A stretch of DNA of 64,000 nt. Origin: Antedon mediterranea (lineage: Eukaryota; Animalia; Echinodermata). The translations under genes were made by a program, and so were the position numbers. Under the pieces are notes generated by a model. That model saw only the letters and a list, made by a program, of their open reading frames with translations. It searched no databases and was not told the DNA's origin. The stretch is from the NCBI RefSeq assembly GCF_964355755.1, contig NC_092670.1:38986388-39050387 (forward strand). Reading direction: 5' to 3'. This document shows positions 48,230 to 61,500 of this stretch, one piece after another (positions within the stretch are counted from its first letter, which is position 1; each line of letters opens with the position of its first letter).

Positions 48230-49990
48230 TTATAGTCATAGTAACCAGTTAAAACAAATTTAACAGGGTCGAAAATAATTTCGACCCTTTTATTTTTTTA
48301 ACATAACTATCATATACATATGGCTTTATAAGATGATGATAATACAATATATGGCAATATTATCGCATAATTTTAATATATGCTCATATATTGTGTTACC
48401 ATCATCTTATAGAGTCATAATAAATTAAAGTAAAAATACAAGAAACATGAAAAACATTTTCGAAAAAAAAAAAAAAAAAATTAACATGCGCAGAACCCAT
48501 TAGTCGACTCTGCGCATGTTTATTATGCTATAGTAACCATTTATGTCAAAAGTAAATGGCCAACTTTCGACCTTTTTATTTTTCGATAAAACTGGTTACT
48601 ATAGCACAATTAACATGCGCAGAACCCATTATTCGTCTCTGCGCATGTTTATTATGCAATAGTAACCATTTATGTCAAAAAATAAAAGGGTCGAAAATCG
48701 GCCATTTTTCGAAAATTTTCCTGTACTATAGTACAGGGATTTTTCAAAAAATGGCAAATTTTCGACCTTTTTATTTTCGATAAAACTGGTTACTATAGCA
48801 CAATTAACATGCGCAGAACCCATTAGTCGACTCTGCGCATGTTTATTATGCTATAGTAACCATTTATGTCAAAAGTAAGTGGCCAACTTTCGACCTTTTT
48901 ATTTTTCGATAATGGGTTCTGTGTTTTATTTTTCGATAAAACTGGTTACTATAGAACAATTAACATGCGCAGAACCCATTAGTCGCCTCTGCGCATGTTT
49001 ATTGTGCTATACAAAATAATATTATCTACGCACGTGAAGAGCTAAAACAAGAACACGTTTTGTTGATTATCACAAAACTTTGCTTTATGCAGTTGAGTTA
49101 ATAGTACAGGATTTTTTTCGAAAAATACCCAAAATATAACCTTTTTAAAATTCAATTATTATACGATAATATGGCTATATATTGCTTTATATCATCTTAT
49201 AGAGCCATAGTAACTAGTTTTGTCCAAAAATAAAAGGGTCTAAATTTTGCCATTTTGGGAAAAAATCCCTATACTACAGTACAGGAATTTGTTCGAAAAA
49301 TGCCCAAAATATAACCTGTTTAAAATTCAATTATTATACGATAATATGGCTATATATTGCTTTGTATCATCTTATAGAGCCATAGTAACTAGTTTTGTCG
49401 AAAAACAAGGTCTAAATTTTGCCATTTTTGGGAAAAAATCCCTATAATATAGTACAGGAATTTGTTCGAAAAATGCCCAAAATATAACCTTTTTAAAATT
49501 CAATTATTATACAATAATATGGGTATATTGTGCTTTATATCATCTTATAGAGCCATAGTAACGAGTTTTGTCTAAAAATAAAAGGGTGTAAATTTTGCCA
49601 TTTTTGGAAAAAATCCCTATACATTGATGAAAAAAATCCCTATACTACAGTACAGGAATTTGTTCGAAAAATGCCCAAAATATAACCTTTTTAAAATTCA
49701 ATTATTATACAATAATATGGGTATATTGTGCTTTATATCATCTTATAGAGCCATAGTAAGTAGTTTTGTCGAAAAATAAAAGGGGTCTTTTTTTTACATG
49801 GATTTTTTTTCCGAAAAATGGCTACTAAAATATCCACTTTTTTCAATTCAAGAACTATGCGATAATATTGCCATATATGCCCATATATTGTGTTATCATC
49901 TCATAGAGCCATAGTAACTATTTACTGCTTACTATGTCTATACGTAGCAATATTATCGCATAATAGAATTTTAAAAGCCATCGGCCATTT
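48230..49990. repeat. Composite tandem and inverted repeat array
   Basis: Four hairpin units aacatgcgcaga-N14-tctgcgcatgtt (about 48483, 48612, 48806, 48962), followed by about four tandem units of roughly 175 bp (about 49100-49790). Shared sub-motifs occur in both orientations. Confidence 0.8.
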
Positions 49991-52244
49991 TCCTAAAAAC
50001 ATCCAGGTATATTTGTCTTTTCTTTAGAATTGTAAACCAAAATACCAAACAATATATATATATATATTTTTATAAAACTTTAATCTAAAAAAATAACACA
50101 ACCTTTTTTTTATGAATAATTTAACTATCTAATAAATCTTTAACTTTATGTTTCTTACTGTATATATTACATCCCTACAGTAAATATGTATAAAAATAAT
50201 TTGTAATAAAAATAGTACATATAAGTTTGTTCATTTCTAATTATTCAATAGTTTAAATAAAAATATGTTCTAATTTTGATTATATATGAATACAATTGAA
50301 AAATCTTATCTATTGTAGTTTAATTATTTTGTTAACATATGGAGACGAAAAAAGGTAACCTAGACAACAGCCGTGTCTCTACGTCAGTACATTTATATAA
50401 AGTATCTCTTTGGTATCCTGCCTTGTGAGGTAATACACTTCAATATAATATACAAGATAATTTGATCTCTGTAGTATGGGTGCGTAAACTCATGGATATT
50501 GTTCCAAGGCTGTTTAGTAGTCCCAGTAGTTGAATCACAGCTAAAACTAATTTTTCTCATGTAACTGTTAATAAATTAATTTCTATTATATCACTGGGCG
50601 GTTAAAAGTTTATCCACGCCTTTCAATTTATACCTATTTAGTGCATTTACTGTTATATCTGTTATTGATTTTAGTAATTTGCTATTTTAACTTGTAAATG
50701 TACACACCATTATCATTCAAGATATTTAATTTAATTCATGGACTATTTTAAACAGTTTTTACACTGAGTATTTGTACTATTAGCACGGCTGGAATACAAC
50801 AACTGTAGTCTATTTTATACTACCGGTTTACGAATAAACATGATTATTTTCCATAAAAATATTAAACATTAGGAAATGTTCTATATTAAAATAAATAACT
50901 TCAATTTAAACCCTGTATAAATTGATACAATACATTTTTCCTCTACTGCTAACCTCTGCTATTTCGTCAATTCAATGTTTCTAATATTTAATAACAATCA
51001 ACCTGTTTGTGATAGGTTTATTACAATAGAGTAACAGTTAAATAGTGATGTTGAGATATTTAATAATGTATCAAAATATTTGCTCTGTTGTAGGTCCAGC
51101 CTACTACAAAAATAATGTTTGTATTATAAAAATCATAAAAATAAGAACATATTTTGTGTAAAATTACAAGTGGAAAAGCTAAGTTATTATACTGTATAAC
51201 GAGGCTGGTGAGGTGGAAAAGGTCATTTAACATTGTAGTTCATTTTTGGAGTGCAGTTTGACTGCCGAGAAACAAGAATTTTCTTGACATAATTTAACTT
51301 GAAAAATTTTAGATATAGTTCATACATGGAGGTATAAAAATAGGGTCCATGGTTCAACGATGTAACCAAACCAAATAAAATAAATTATAGGATAAAGAAA
51401 AGGCTAAAACATTATTTGTAATGGTTTAGTTAAAATTCCTGAGAAATAACTTCAAAATAATAAAATACTACATTTTTAATAATTTCCTTTTTAGTATTTG
51501 ATATCATAATAAAACTTCGGCAAGCACTTGTACTACAGCAGATAAATAATTGCATTTTGTTAAATAAATATAAAATAATGTATTAAAATAAACGTTGCTT
51601 TATGTAATAGGGTTTTAAATATACTTTTTAAAGATCTGTCTACACTTTTAAACTAGTTTGACAAAAAATGTGTGTTGTGCCCAAATATGGTAGTAATCTG
51701 ACATCATCATGTCAATATATTGGCACATCACATTTTTTTTGTCACAGTGTAGACAGAGCTTTAGGCCAATTTACACCGATGAGCGGTAACACAAATCAAA
51801 ATCTATGTTATTTCTTATGACCATTTAAACACAATGCGGATCTGATGGTCGGTTTCCAATCTAGATACAGATTCTATGTGGTACAAGCTACATGGTTTTC
51901 TGCTTACCCTTACCGCTCATAAATTGGCAGAAGGTTGTAAGTGAATCTTGATTTGTTTAATGCACTTTACGTTCCAATGTATAGTTTAATATTCAAAATA
52001 ATAATCTGAAATAAAAGAAATCATATAAATTTTTATCGATTTATTCTAACAAAAATATGAAATACACATAGAATAATAGCTACATGATTACAATATTTTC
52101 AAATGTAAAAATAAAGAGTATATGCAATGAAAAGTGTAGAGTATGAGATTTTATCCCACAACCTTAAATGTAATGACGGACCATTATTAGTCATAGTACC
52201 TAATACTTGGGATGGTACCGACCAACTTAACCAAATTGTTGGGA

Positions 52245-52436
52245 CAGTGGCATAATGCAGAGGCCCCTGGCTTAGGGACCCCCAGTGGCCCTCCAATGCA
52301 GGAGGCCTCAGGTGTTTTTAGCGTTTTTCGACATATTTTAATGCCTGTTTTTTCGTCTGGACACTGCTCAGGGTCCCCCATAAGATCCAGGGCCCCTGGG
52401 TTTAGCAAGTGAGCGCTCATAGCCGTTACACCACTG
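52245..52436. mobile_element. hAT-type MITE
   Basis: Ends cagtggcataa / ttacaccactg, with a perfect 8-bp TSD tgttggga at 52237-52244 and 52437-52444. Confidence 0.8.
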
Positions 52437-52536
52437 TGTTGGGACTTTCTAAGTAGTGCTGGAGCAAGTTTAAAGGTTTATGTTAATTTAAAAAAATAGT
52501 ATTTGCATAGTATTTACCTTAGTGAGAAGGAAGACT

Positions 52537-55500
52537 TCACATACGTGGTGAATACCTTGGATCCTGTGGTAAAAAACATACAAGAACAATGTTACCATTA
52601 TTAAAAATAAATAAATTCAAATAATTTACGATAAAATGCTCATTAATGAAAAAAACAAAAAAAACAACTTACAGAAAGTTCATCTCCAGATGCGATGAAT
52701 GGACGCGAGAAATGTGTTTCGGGTATCCCGTCGTGGTAGAACCTCCCGCCACGATTATCGTAAATTGTATCGTTTTCGATATCATTGAATCCTCGTTCTG
52801 GATGAAAGTTCTCGTTGTTGTAATAATTATCATAAAGTCTATCTTTATTTGGTGGATGACGGTAACTATCTCTGATGTGGAACTCTTCATCGTACATGTG
52901 TTGGGGTCCTACACCGAGGAAACAACAACAGCACACTCCCGCTATGATGACGAGTAATAAGACTAGGAATCCTGCGCCGGATGCTATCGCCGCAATCTGC
53001 CACGTTTCAAGTCCAGACTTGTCCTCACAAGTTGTACCACTCCATCCATCTGTACAACTGTAAAGTTTATAAAGTGTTTAGAATTTATTTATTAAAAATT
53101 GAGCAAAAAAAACCCCCCCCAAAAAAATGCCAAAGAGAAAACAATGGGCCGATAGTCCAATGCAGAATATACAATATAATACATATATAAAAAACTATAC
53201 AATAACCATATCAAAAAGAGAAACAGAAATTCATGTTACATCATTTAACTAATTAAAATTTAAGGTTACAATTTTAATCATTAACTCCTCAGACTAATAA
53301 CTAATCAAATACTCATGTACTACTACTAATAATAATGGTAGTCTTATATAGCGCCTAGTACAATGTTTCTAAGCGCTTTACACACAAAAATGATCCATAA
53401 AATATCCTAAGATAACAAAAAAAGGAAGAAAAGCAAAGGAACCGTTTACACCGCTCCATTCTCCAGCACTCCATATGAGGAGAGCTCGCCAGAACAGTAT
53501 TCACAGGAGCTCGAGTGAAAAAGGCATCTGTCTATTCTATCCTACTAGTGTATCAAAGCATGGTTCATACCTGCATTCACTTTCAAATGTTACAGAGCTT
53601 GTTTCACATGTACCTCCATTCTTGCAGTAATCGGTAGGACACACCTCTGATAAAAAGAAAGGAACATGTTTTGTTTAACCATTTATATTTACGTTATTTT
53701 CATAGAAGTATCCCTATAAAGCTCTGTCAATACTATCAAACTAGTTTGATAAAAAAAAGTGTGATGTGCCCATATATGGACATGACGACGTCGCATCACT
53801 ACCATATTTGGGCACATCACATTTTTTTTCACATAAAGTTTGATAGTGTAGACAGAGCTTAAGACTTTAGCTCAATTCACTCTCATTTAATTCTTTGCCT
53901 GGACTATTCCATTTTCCTTTTGAGGGGTTTCCATATTGGGAATAATGGCATATGTAGAGTCTATACAGGTAGGGATCTCACGAAATAGACTGGTAGATTA
54001 AGGAGGTAGGCCTGATATGACATCATCATATACGAGCACATCCCATTACTTTGTCCCATAAAGTTCGATAGTGTAGACAGAGCTTTAGGTATGGATGCTG
54101 TTTTAATTTGTGAGATTATAGAGGAAGACTTAGAATTGAACTAAAGTACCTCATTTGATTCAGCAATGCCACAGTAGAATAATATAATGTATTACCTGCG
54201 AATGATTGGATGGAATTAAGATCTAGAACAAGAGATGAACCGGTGATATGTCCACTGCCGTTAACGTTATTAATAAACATCGTGTCCAACATGTCGGCGT
54301 TTGCTGATGAATCAATTTCAAAGAGAACTCCGTATTCAACGATGATACTTCCTGATGCAAAGTTTACAATTTGGATCGTTACGTAGTTATCGATTCCACT
54401 AAAAAATGGCGCAAGCTAAAAAATAATTTACATTGGTTTATGTTAGTATTGTTACCAATAGCGTTTACAATCACACTTATAACATCTTCTTAAAACTAAA
54501 TCTTTCTTTTAATGAGAAATGATTTACAGTAATTAAACCAAAGTGCTATACTGCATGGAATGCAAATATGTACATGTGTCTGGACTGTTCTATTTTTATT
54601 CAAGGGTGACTAGCAGAAAAATGTTCAAGAGGTGAGGCGATTTTTCTGGACTGTTCCATTTTCTTCTCTATACAACAAGGATAAAACTTACAGCTTCTAT
54701 TATCTTATCTCTAAGATATATGTATGCATCAGAAGTTGGGTCTTCGAGGTCAGAGGTGAAAGTTGCAATGTCACCATCATACTCTTCTAATGTGAAAGCA
54801 CCATTAAAAGTAACTTGCTCTGAAAATAAGACAAAATTAATAATTTGTTAATAATGATTATCGATGTAACAATCTAATATTAGCAAAATAGTAATAAGTA
54901 ATGGGGAATAGAGGACACAATTCTTATGTCTTTAGGCACACGTGGCCAAGGATTACCAATGAAACTGGGATTTTTTGTGAACCAGTTCACCAGGGCAAAT
55001 TCCTACTCGTCTCGAATGATGAACTGAATTCTATGAAGTACACATAGGTTATAACTGTGTACACTGGACCTATGGTTTATAGTCTTTATCTGAGAAGACT
55101 TGTTCCACCACCAGAACTAGGAGCGAGTTGGCCTCGAACCCATACCGATATTGTTGGCTCTTTAGGTACGGTAAACGGCACCCCTGCCTTAACCACTCAG
55201 CCATTTAACACACTAGTCAAAAGCTGTCAAATAGTAAGTATGACAATCAGTAATGTGGCTGATGTAAACGTACCTGTACAAGTATCAGAGCCTCCAACTT
55301 TAGCTGAGCCATATGGACAGTCACAGCTATAACTACCTACAAGATTTGTACAGACTGCACCTCCAGTGCAGATAGTAGAATCACTGCACTCATTAGTATC
55401 TATATGTATATTAAGATAAACATTTTATCAATAAATTCAACAGTATTATTGTTATTTGACATACTTATGTTCCTATGACAGCATTTTTATAAACATTTTA

Positions 55501-58500
55501 TCAATAAATTCAACAGTATCAATACTTTTATTTGACACGCTTAGGGTCCAATTACAGCAATTCTATAAATATTTCATCAATAAATTTGACAGTATCATCA
55601 ATATCTATTTTTATTTGACATGCTTATTTTTCCTATGAGATGGCATTTTTGTCATCTTTGGCATACCATAGTCTTTTGATATGAATTCACTTAATATTAT
55701 TCTTTACTCGAAGCACCTGATGATTGATTGTTCATCATGGAACAGTGTGTAGTGTGCAAATAAAAAAAAATGTTTGAGTCATTTATTGAGTCATTTATTT
55801 CTCAAAAACTACATACCTGTTTCGCAGTTGGTCCCTTCGTAACCAGTCACACACGCACATGTGTAAGATGTCCGTGTGCGTGTACACGTGCCTTCATTTT
55901 GGCAAGGATTAGTTGCACATTCACCATCACCTGAAAAATGTATTATTGTTTTTATTAATTTATTAACATCTGTAATAAAGCTCTGTCTACACTATCAAAG
56001 TTTGACAAAAAGTGTGATGTGCCCAAATATGGTAGTGATAAGACATCATCATGTCCATATATGGGCACATCAAATTTTGTTGACACATACAGTTTGATAG
56101 TGTGGACAGAGCTTTAATCTGCTTCTTATTTTTATTTTTATTTTATTTTATTCAATTTCCAGGTAACATACAAAAATCATAAACAAGGTACGGCATCATT
56201 TAACAAAACAGAACAAAAGTACTATCAGCACCTGCGGGTAACCAAAAGTGGATCAGTTCAAAAGCACTGCACTGTCGAGTGGCTTTCCCAACTAATAGTA
56301 CGAAAAACGCAAAAAATGCTTCAACCTATTGTACAGTAGTATAAATTCATAAAACCCAATTCACAAAATCATTGCCGTAAACTAAATCTTAATTTAGTTA
56401 AAGGTTGAACAATCAAAAGTGATAGATTATTCAAATTGTTGCTTGTCATTAGTCAACATGCTTGCGTTACGTTTACGTCCTTGCGTTGCGTGGGAATCAA
56501 GCTTCATTACCTCATTAAATTTGTACTTACCTATAAAGAATGTGTCCGCTGTGATTGTGTTCATCGTATCAAATGATGCCCCGTTTAATAACGCATAGAA
56601 TGCATCTTCAATGGCGGAGGCTGTCAAGCTTGAATCAGTCGTAGTATGCAGTGTAAAATCCAACACGCCATTATTGTACGTCACTTGTTCGATTCCTACA
56701 AAGGAGTCGGCGATTGTACTTCCTCTAAATAGATCATCGATCTAGAAATATAACAAGAAAATAACCAAGACTTATTAGACTGTCAACGCCAACGTGTTCC
56801 ATCACGGCTGCATCAATCGGCCAATTGGATACGCCAGCTTTAAGTCACGAACCACTACATGCATGTTTCAGTGTGTTGAGTGTATCAACCTTTTTTGTTT
56901 ACAAAGAAATCATTAATTATATTGCCATTATCATCAATAAAATGATAAAACTGTGCTGTAATAAAAAGTACATTTTTTTATTTTATTTATGTGGTTCTAC
57001 CTAATATACTGTGTTGAAACCTTTACGAAGAATCAGTCATTTACGAGTAGCAACGTGTTATGGCAGTGATGCTACGATTAAGTAAAAAGTGAGCACTCTG
57101 CTCTCTTACTTACATCTTGAAGAAGTGTTTCCACGTTGACATTTGCAGAGGAAGCCTCAATGCCGCCAACAGACACCATAGAAACTGTTCCTGTATTCTC
57201 TGTTGTATCTGTATGTTTAAATGAAAAAAAGAATTTGTAGAATTATAATGAGAAAATCATATCAGTTTTTAAGCTCTACTACTTTGACAAAAAAGTGTGA
57301 TGTGCCCAAAGATGGTAGTGATAATCCCAAATATGGTAGTGATCATCATCATCATATCTATATATGAGTACATCACATTTTTTTGTCACAGAAAGTTTGA
57401 TAGTGTACACAGAGCTTTAGAGTATATTACTTTTACACCTATTTTCAAAATGTAAACTCCTTTCCACTGTGAAGTACAAGAGGATAATAACACATAAAGA
57501 AGCAGATCAATGAACAGTATAGATCAATGATTCATTATGAAAGAAAAATAGACGCATTTCAAATGCAATTATTTATTTCCAGTTTGCGTTTGATATTGTG
57601 GAAAAGTACAAACCTGCAGCGACCTCAATGGTGACAACAAAACTGCAAGATAGTGAATTTCCAGCGGCGTCCATTGCCGTGTAAGTGACATCTAATGCAC
57701 CCACTGAATACTGCTCTCCAGATAGAACATTTGGTTCTGTAACTGTCACATCCTCTCCACTATTGTCAGTGAATGTTGGAGTGTTCCATGTGACAAGAGC
57801 TTGACTTTGGTCATTTAGAACGTAAACAGTTTGAGCGCTTGGACATTCATTGCTAAGAACAGGATCCTCATTATCTTTGAAAAGCAGAAGAAAATATCAT
57901 ATAATATTATTTGAACTATGACAAAGTATTAAAGATATATTGTTTCCTGAAAAAAAACTCATTCATTTTATTGTCACATAATAGTCACTTTGACCAAAAA
58001 CTGGATTGAAAAAAGTATTATTTACTTGAATAAAATGTAATTTTAAGCAAAAAATACTTCTTCTCATACAATACTTCTTCGTCATATACTGAGTTTTTGG
58101 TTAAAATTAACCGTTTCGTTTGTATTTTTATAGTGAAATAATATATTTTTTTTTTACAAAAGTGAATAACTTTATGAAAACTGCAAAATGGCCTATTTAA
58201 AGTCCAATTTTATTAATCTTCTTTTTTCATGTTATTGGAGGACAATACATCTTTAAGTATCTTTAAGTATTACAATACAAAAAATAACATTTTTTTATTA
58301 AATACCTATTATAGTAACTGTGAGAACACAAGTCGCCATGTTCACGCCATCCGTTGCCGTAAATGTTACCATTGATACGCCGATTTCAAAAGATCCGGAA
58401 GTCATGTCTGGAGTTATGGTAACTTCCGATGCCAAATTGTCGGATGCTGTTGGCGCTTCCCATGATACAGTGCCTAAGTTGCTGCCTGCGTCGTTATTTC

Positions 58501-61500
58501 CTTGCACCGTAGATGGACAAAAGTCAAACGTAGGGGCTTCCGTATCTTCCGTTACTAAGACGAAGTAGACAAAAACAATATTGATTTAGATATGTACAAT
58601 ATTACTACTTTTTATTATACAAATCATATGTAAATTTTTCTTCTCTGTCAGTTGTTCTTATTTTCCTCCTTCAAGAAATCTCTGCAACAATTTAGCAGAA
58701 TCAAACACAGTCAACTCTCTAAATACCGGGCTCTCTAAAACCGGAAAACTCTCCCAAACCAGACTTTTCTTGAAGTCCAAAACTTCCCAAATTCATTTTT
58801 ACCAATAAAATCACATTCCAAATGCCAGACTTTCCAGAAAACCTGACATATTAGGCCAGCCCAAAGGTGTCCGGTATTGGGAGAGTTGACTTAGTTATTA
58901 TACACCCTCTCTTCCTTACCGATTACTATAACATCAAACTCAAAAGTAGCCTGGTTTCCGCTGCCATCTGTAGCAGTATAAATGAGTGATGTTGTTCCAA
59001 TATTGAAGCTCCCACCATTAGTACCTCCTTCTAGTGTTAAAGTAGGAGCTACATTGGAATTGTCTGAAACCGTTGGCTCTGGCCAGTCTACAACCGTTGA
59101 CGTTGCCCCATACACACCAGCAGTTACTGGATTTGATGGAGTGAAATCAAACACTGGCATCTCGTTATCTTAACAAAATAGAAATACTGTAGTCAATGTG
59201 GTCGACAGTGGCAAAGTTAATATAGCCACAACCAATTTGTTTTTCGCAATAAAATAATGAATATGCAGTACTGTATAAATAAAGTAGAAATTACACAGAA
59301 TGTAGAATATTACTTAAAGAAAAGAACATGTATGTTTGTTTGTTTGTATATACTGCTGTACTTAAAAACCGTTTATGCATATATTATTCGTTTCGTTCAA
59401 ACAGATATGAAAACATTCTGGGCAGGGGCAGCTTAAGCAAAATCACCAAATGAGTCAGCTACCCCTCAGATATATTTTTAAAAGTTCATAAACATTTGTC
59501 AATAAAATTAATTTAGTCTACAAATAAAATTAATTTAAACTATACTTCCAGTTACTTTTAGATGAGAAGTAAAAAAAAAACAATAAAATAAAAACTAACC
59601 ATTTACTGTTATAGTAAATTCACAATTTACTGAATTTAGGCCAGTATCTACCGCAGTATACACAATGTCTGTGACCCCAATAGGAAAATTAGAGCCTGGT
59701 GATGAGCCCACCACCAAATTAGCTGTTACAGGACCATCAATGGCATCTTGGAACACAGGCTCACTCCATGTTACCATGGCGGTCGCTTCCCCTGCATCAG
59801 TGTCATGCACAAGATTGGATGAGCAGCCAAATACCTCTGGTGGATCATCAACTATATAAAAAAAAAAACACAAAATTATAAATAAAATGAATCAAAAATA
59901 ATTAAAAACAGTAAACAATATTTAATTTTGGATCTAAATGTATATGCTTTAGATTTCATGGTATATTAGTTCCTCTGGATCTAAATTAAGTATCTGTTCT
60001 TTTAATTCAAATATAATTTTAATATTTTCTCTTTTTAAAATAATAATATATTCGAATGAAAGTTCATACGGTAAAAATATAAAATGATTTTAAACGAACT
60101 TAAGGTATGTTGAATTCTGTGCTGTAAGTTCGTTTGCAAAAACATTTTATAATATACATAATATAATTTCTAAAAAATGATACAGAGTAATAATGTCATA
60201 ATAATAATAGTAAAATAAAATGATTTCCAACATACCAACTATTTGGACTTCAAATCTACATTCAGTGTTAGTATTTCCAAAGTTGTCAGACGCCGAATAC
60301 ACAACTGTTGCGGTGCCACTATTAAACACATCGCCTGGACTGACATTAGAATTTATGGATATGTCTGCACCAGAATTGTCTGAATAAACTGGAGTAGTCC
60401 AAGTCACTGTTGTACTTGAACCAGATGATGATAGTATGGTTTCAGTGATGTCATCAGGACAGTATTCTACTTGAGGCTCCTCGTCATCAACTAAATGAAA
60501 TAATAAATAAAAAATAACTTATTATTAACTAATTAATTGGTATATACAATGTTGACAGGATTCTATGACGAAATTAAATATAAAATAGTGTTTATTTTAT
60601 AATAGCGTTGATATTGTTGTTTTAATCTATATACTGTAAATCTTTGTCTACACTATCAAACTTTATGTGACAAACATATCTTTTGGGCACATCAAACTTT
60701 TTTTGTCAAACTAGTTTGATAGTGTAGACAGAGCTTTAGAATTAAGTTTATACATTTGTTTCTTCTACAAATTGTTTAATACCACCACATACATACACAT
60801 ACCCTATAAATTGGAATTGTACTGGGAAGGTTTTAAACTGTATTTGAACCACCCCCGAGAAGCGGTTGGGGTCAGGAGTTGGAGGTCGGAGATATCAAAA
60901 TGAAGCTTTTAAACTACTTCTAAAAACCAGCTAATAGAGTAAGTATCTAGTAGTATCTTTTCTAGTGGTTTATTTTTTGAATAACTCTACTAATTATATA
61001 GTTTGTGATGCAATACTCACCAGTAACAGTGACAGTAAAACTACATGATGCTGAGTTTGAACTACTATCAGTCGCAGTGTATGTAACAGTTGTTACCTCA
61101 CCAACAGTGAAAAGGTCATTTGGTGAAAAGTTTGATGAGAGCACTGCACTTCCTGAATCATCGGTAGGTGTTGGTTCTGTCCACGATACAGAGAACTGAG
61201 TGGTTCCAGTGGTGACGTACTCGGTCACGGCTGACGGGCAGGTTATCTCGGGATCTGTCGTGTCAACGATACCCATTACGTTAACGGTAAACGTACAATA
61301 AGCTATGTTACGAGCCGCATCTGTTGCTATATACTGCACAGTCGTTATGCCAATAGAGAACAAACTTCCAGGAGAAATTGTTGCCTCTAAATCAGGGTTG
61401 TCGTCCGTATCATCGGAGGCTGTTGGTGGCGTCCACGTAACTTGTACACTTACGCTACCGACAGGGGCATCCATTTCAATATTCTGAGGACAATTCGAAA

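Noticed and set aside
48480-49010. Palindromic repeats with intervening sequence resembling a CRISPR array
   Set aside because: The intervening segments are themselves repeats of one another and vary widely in length.
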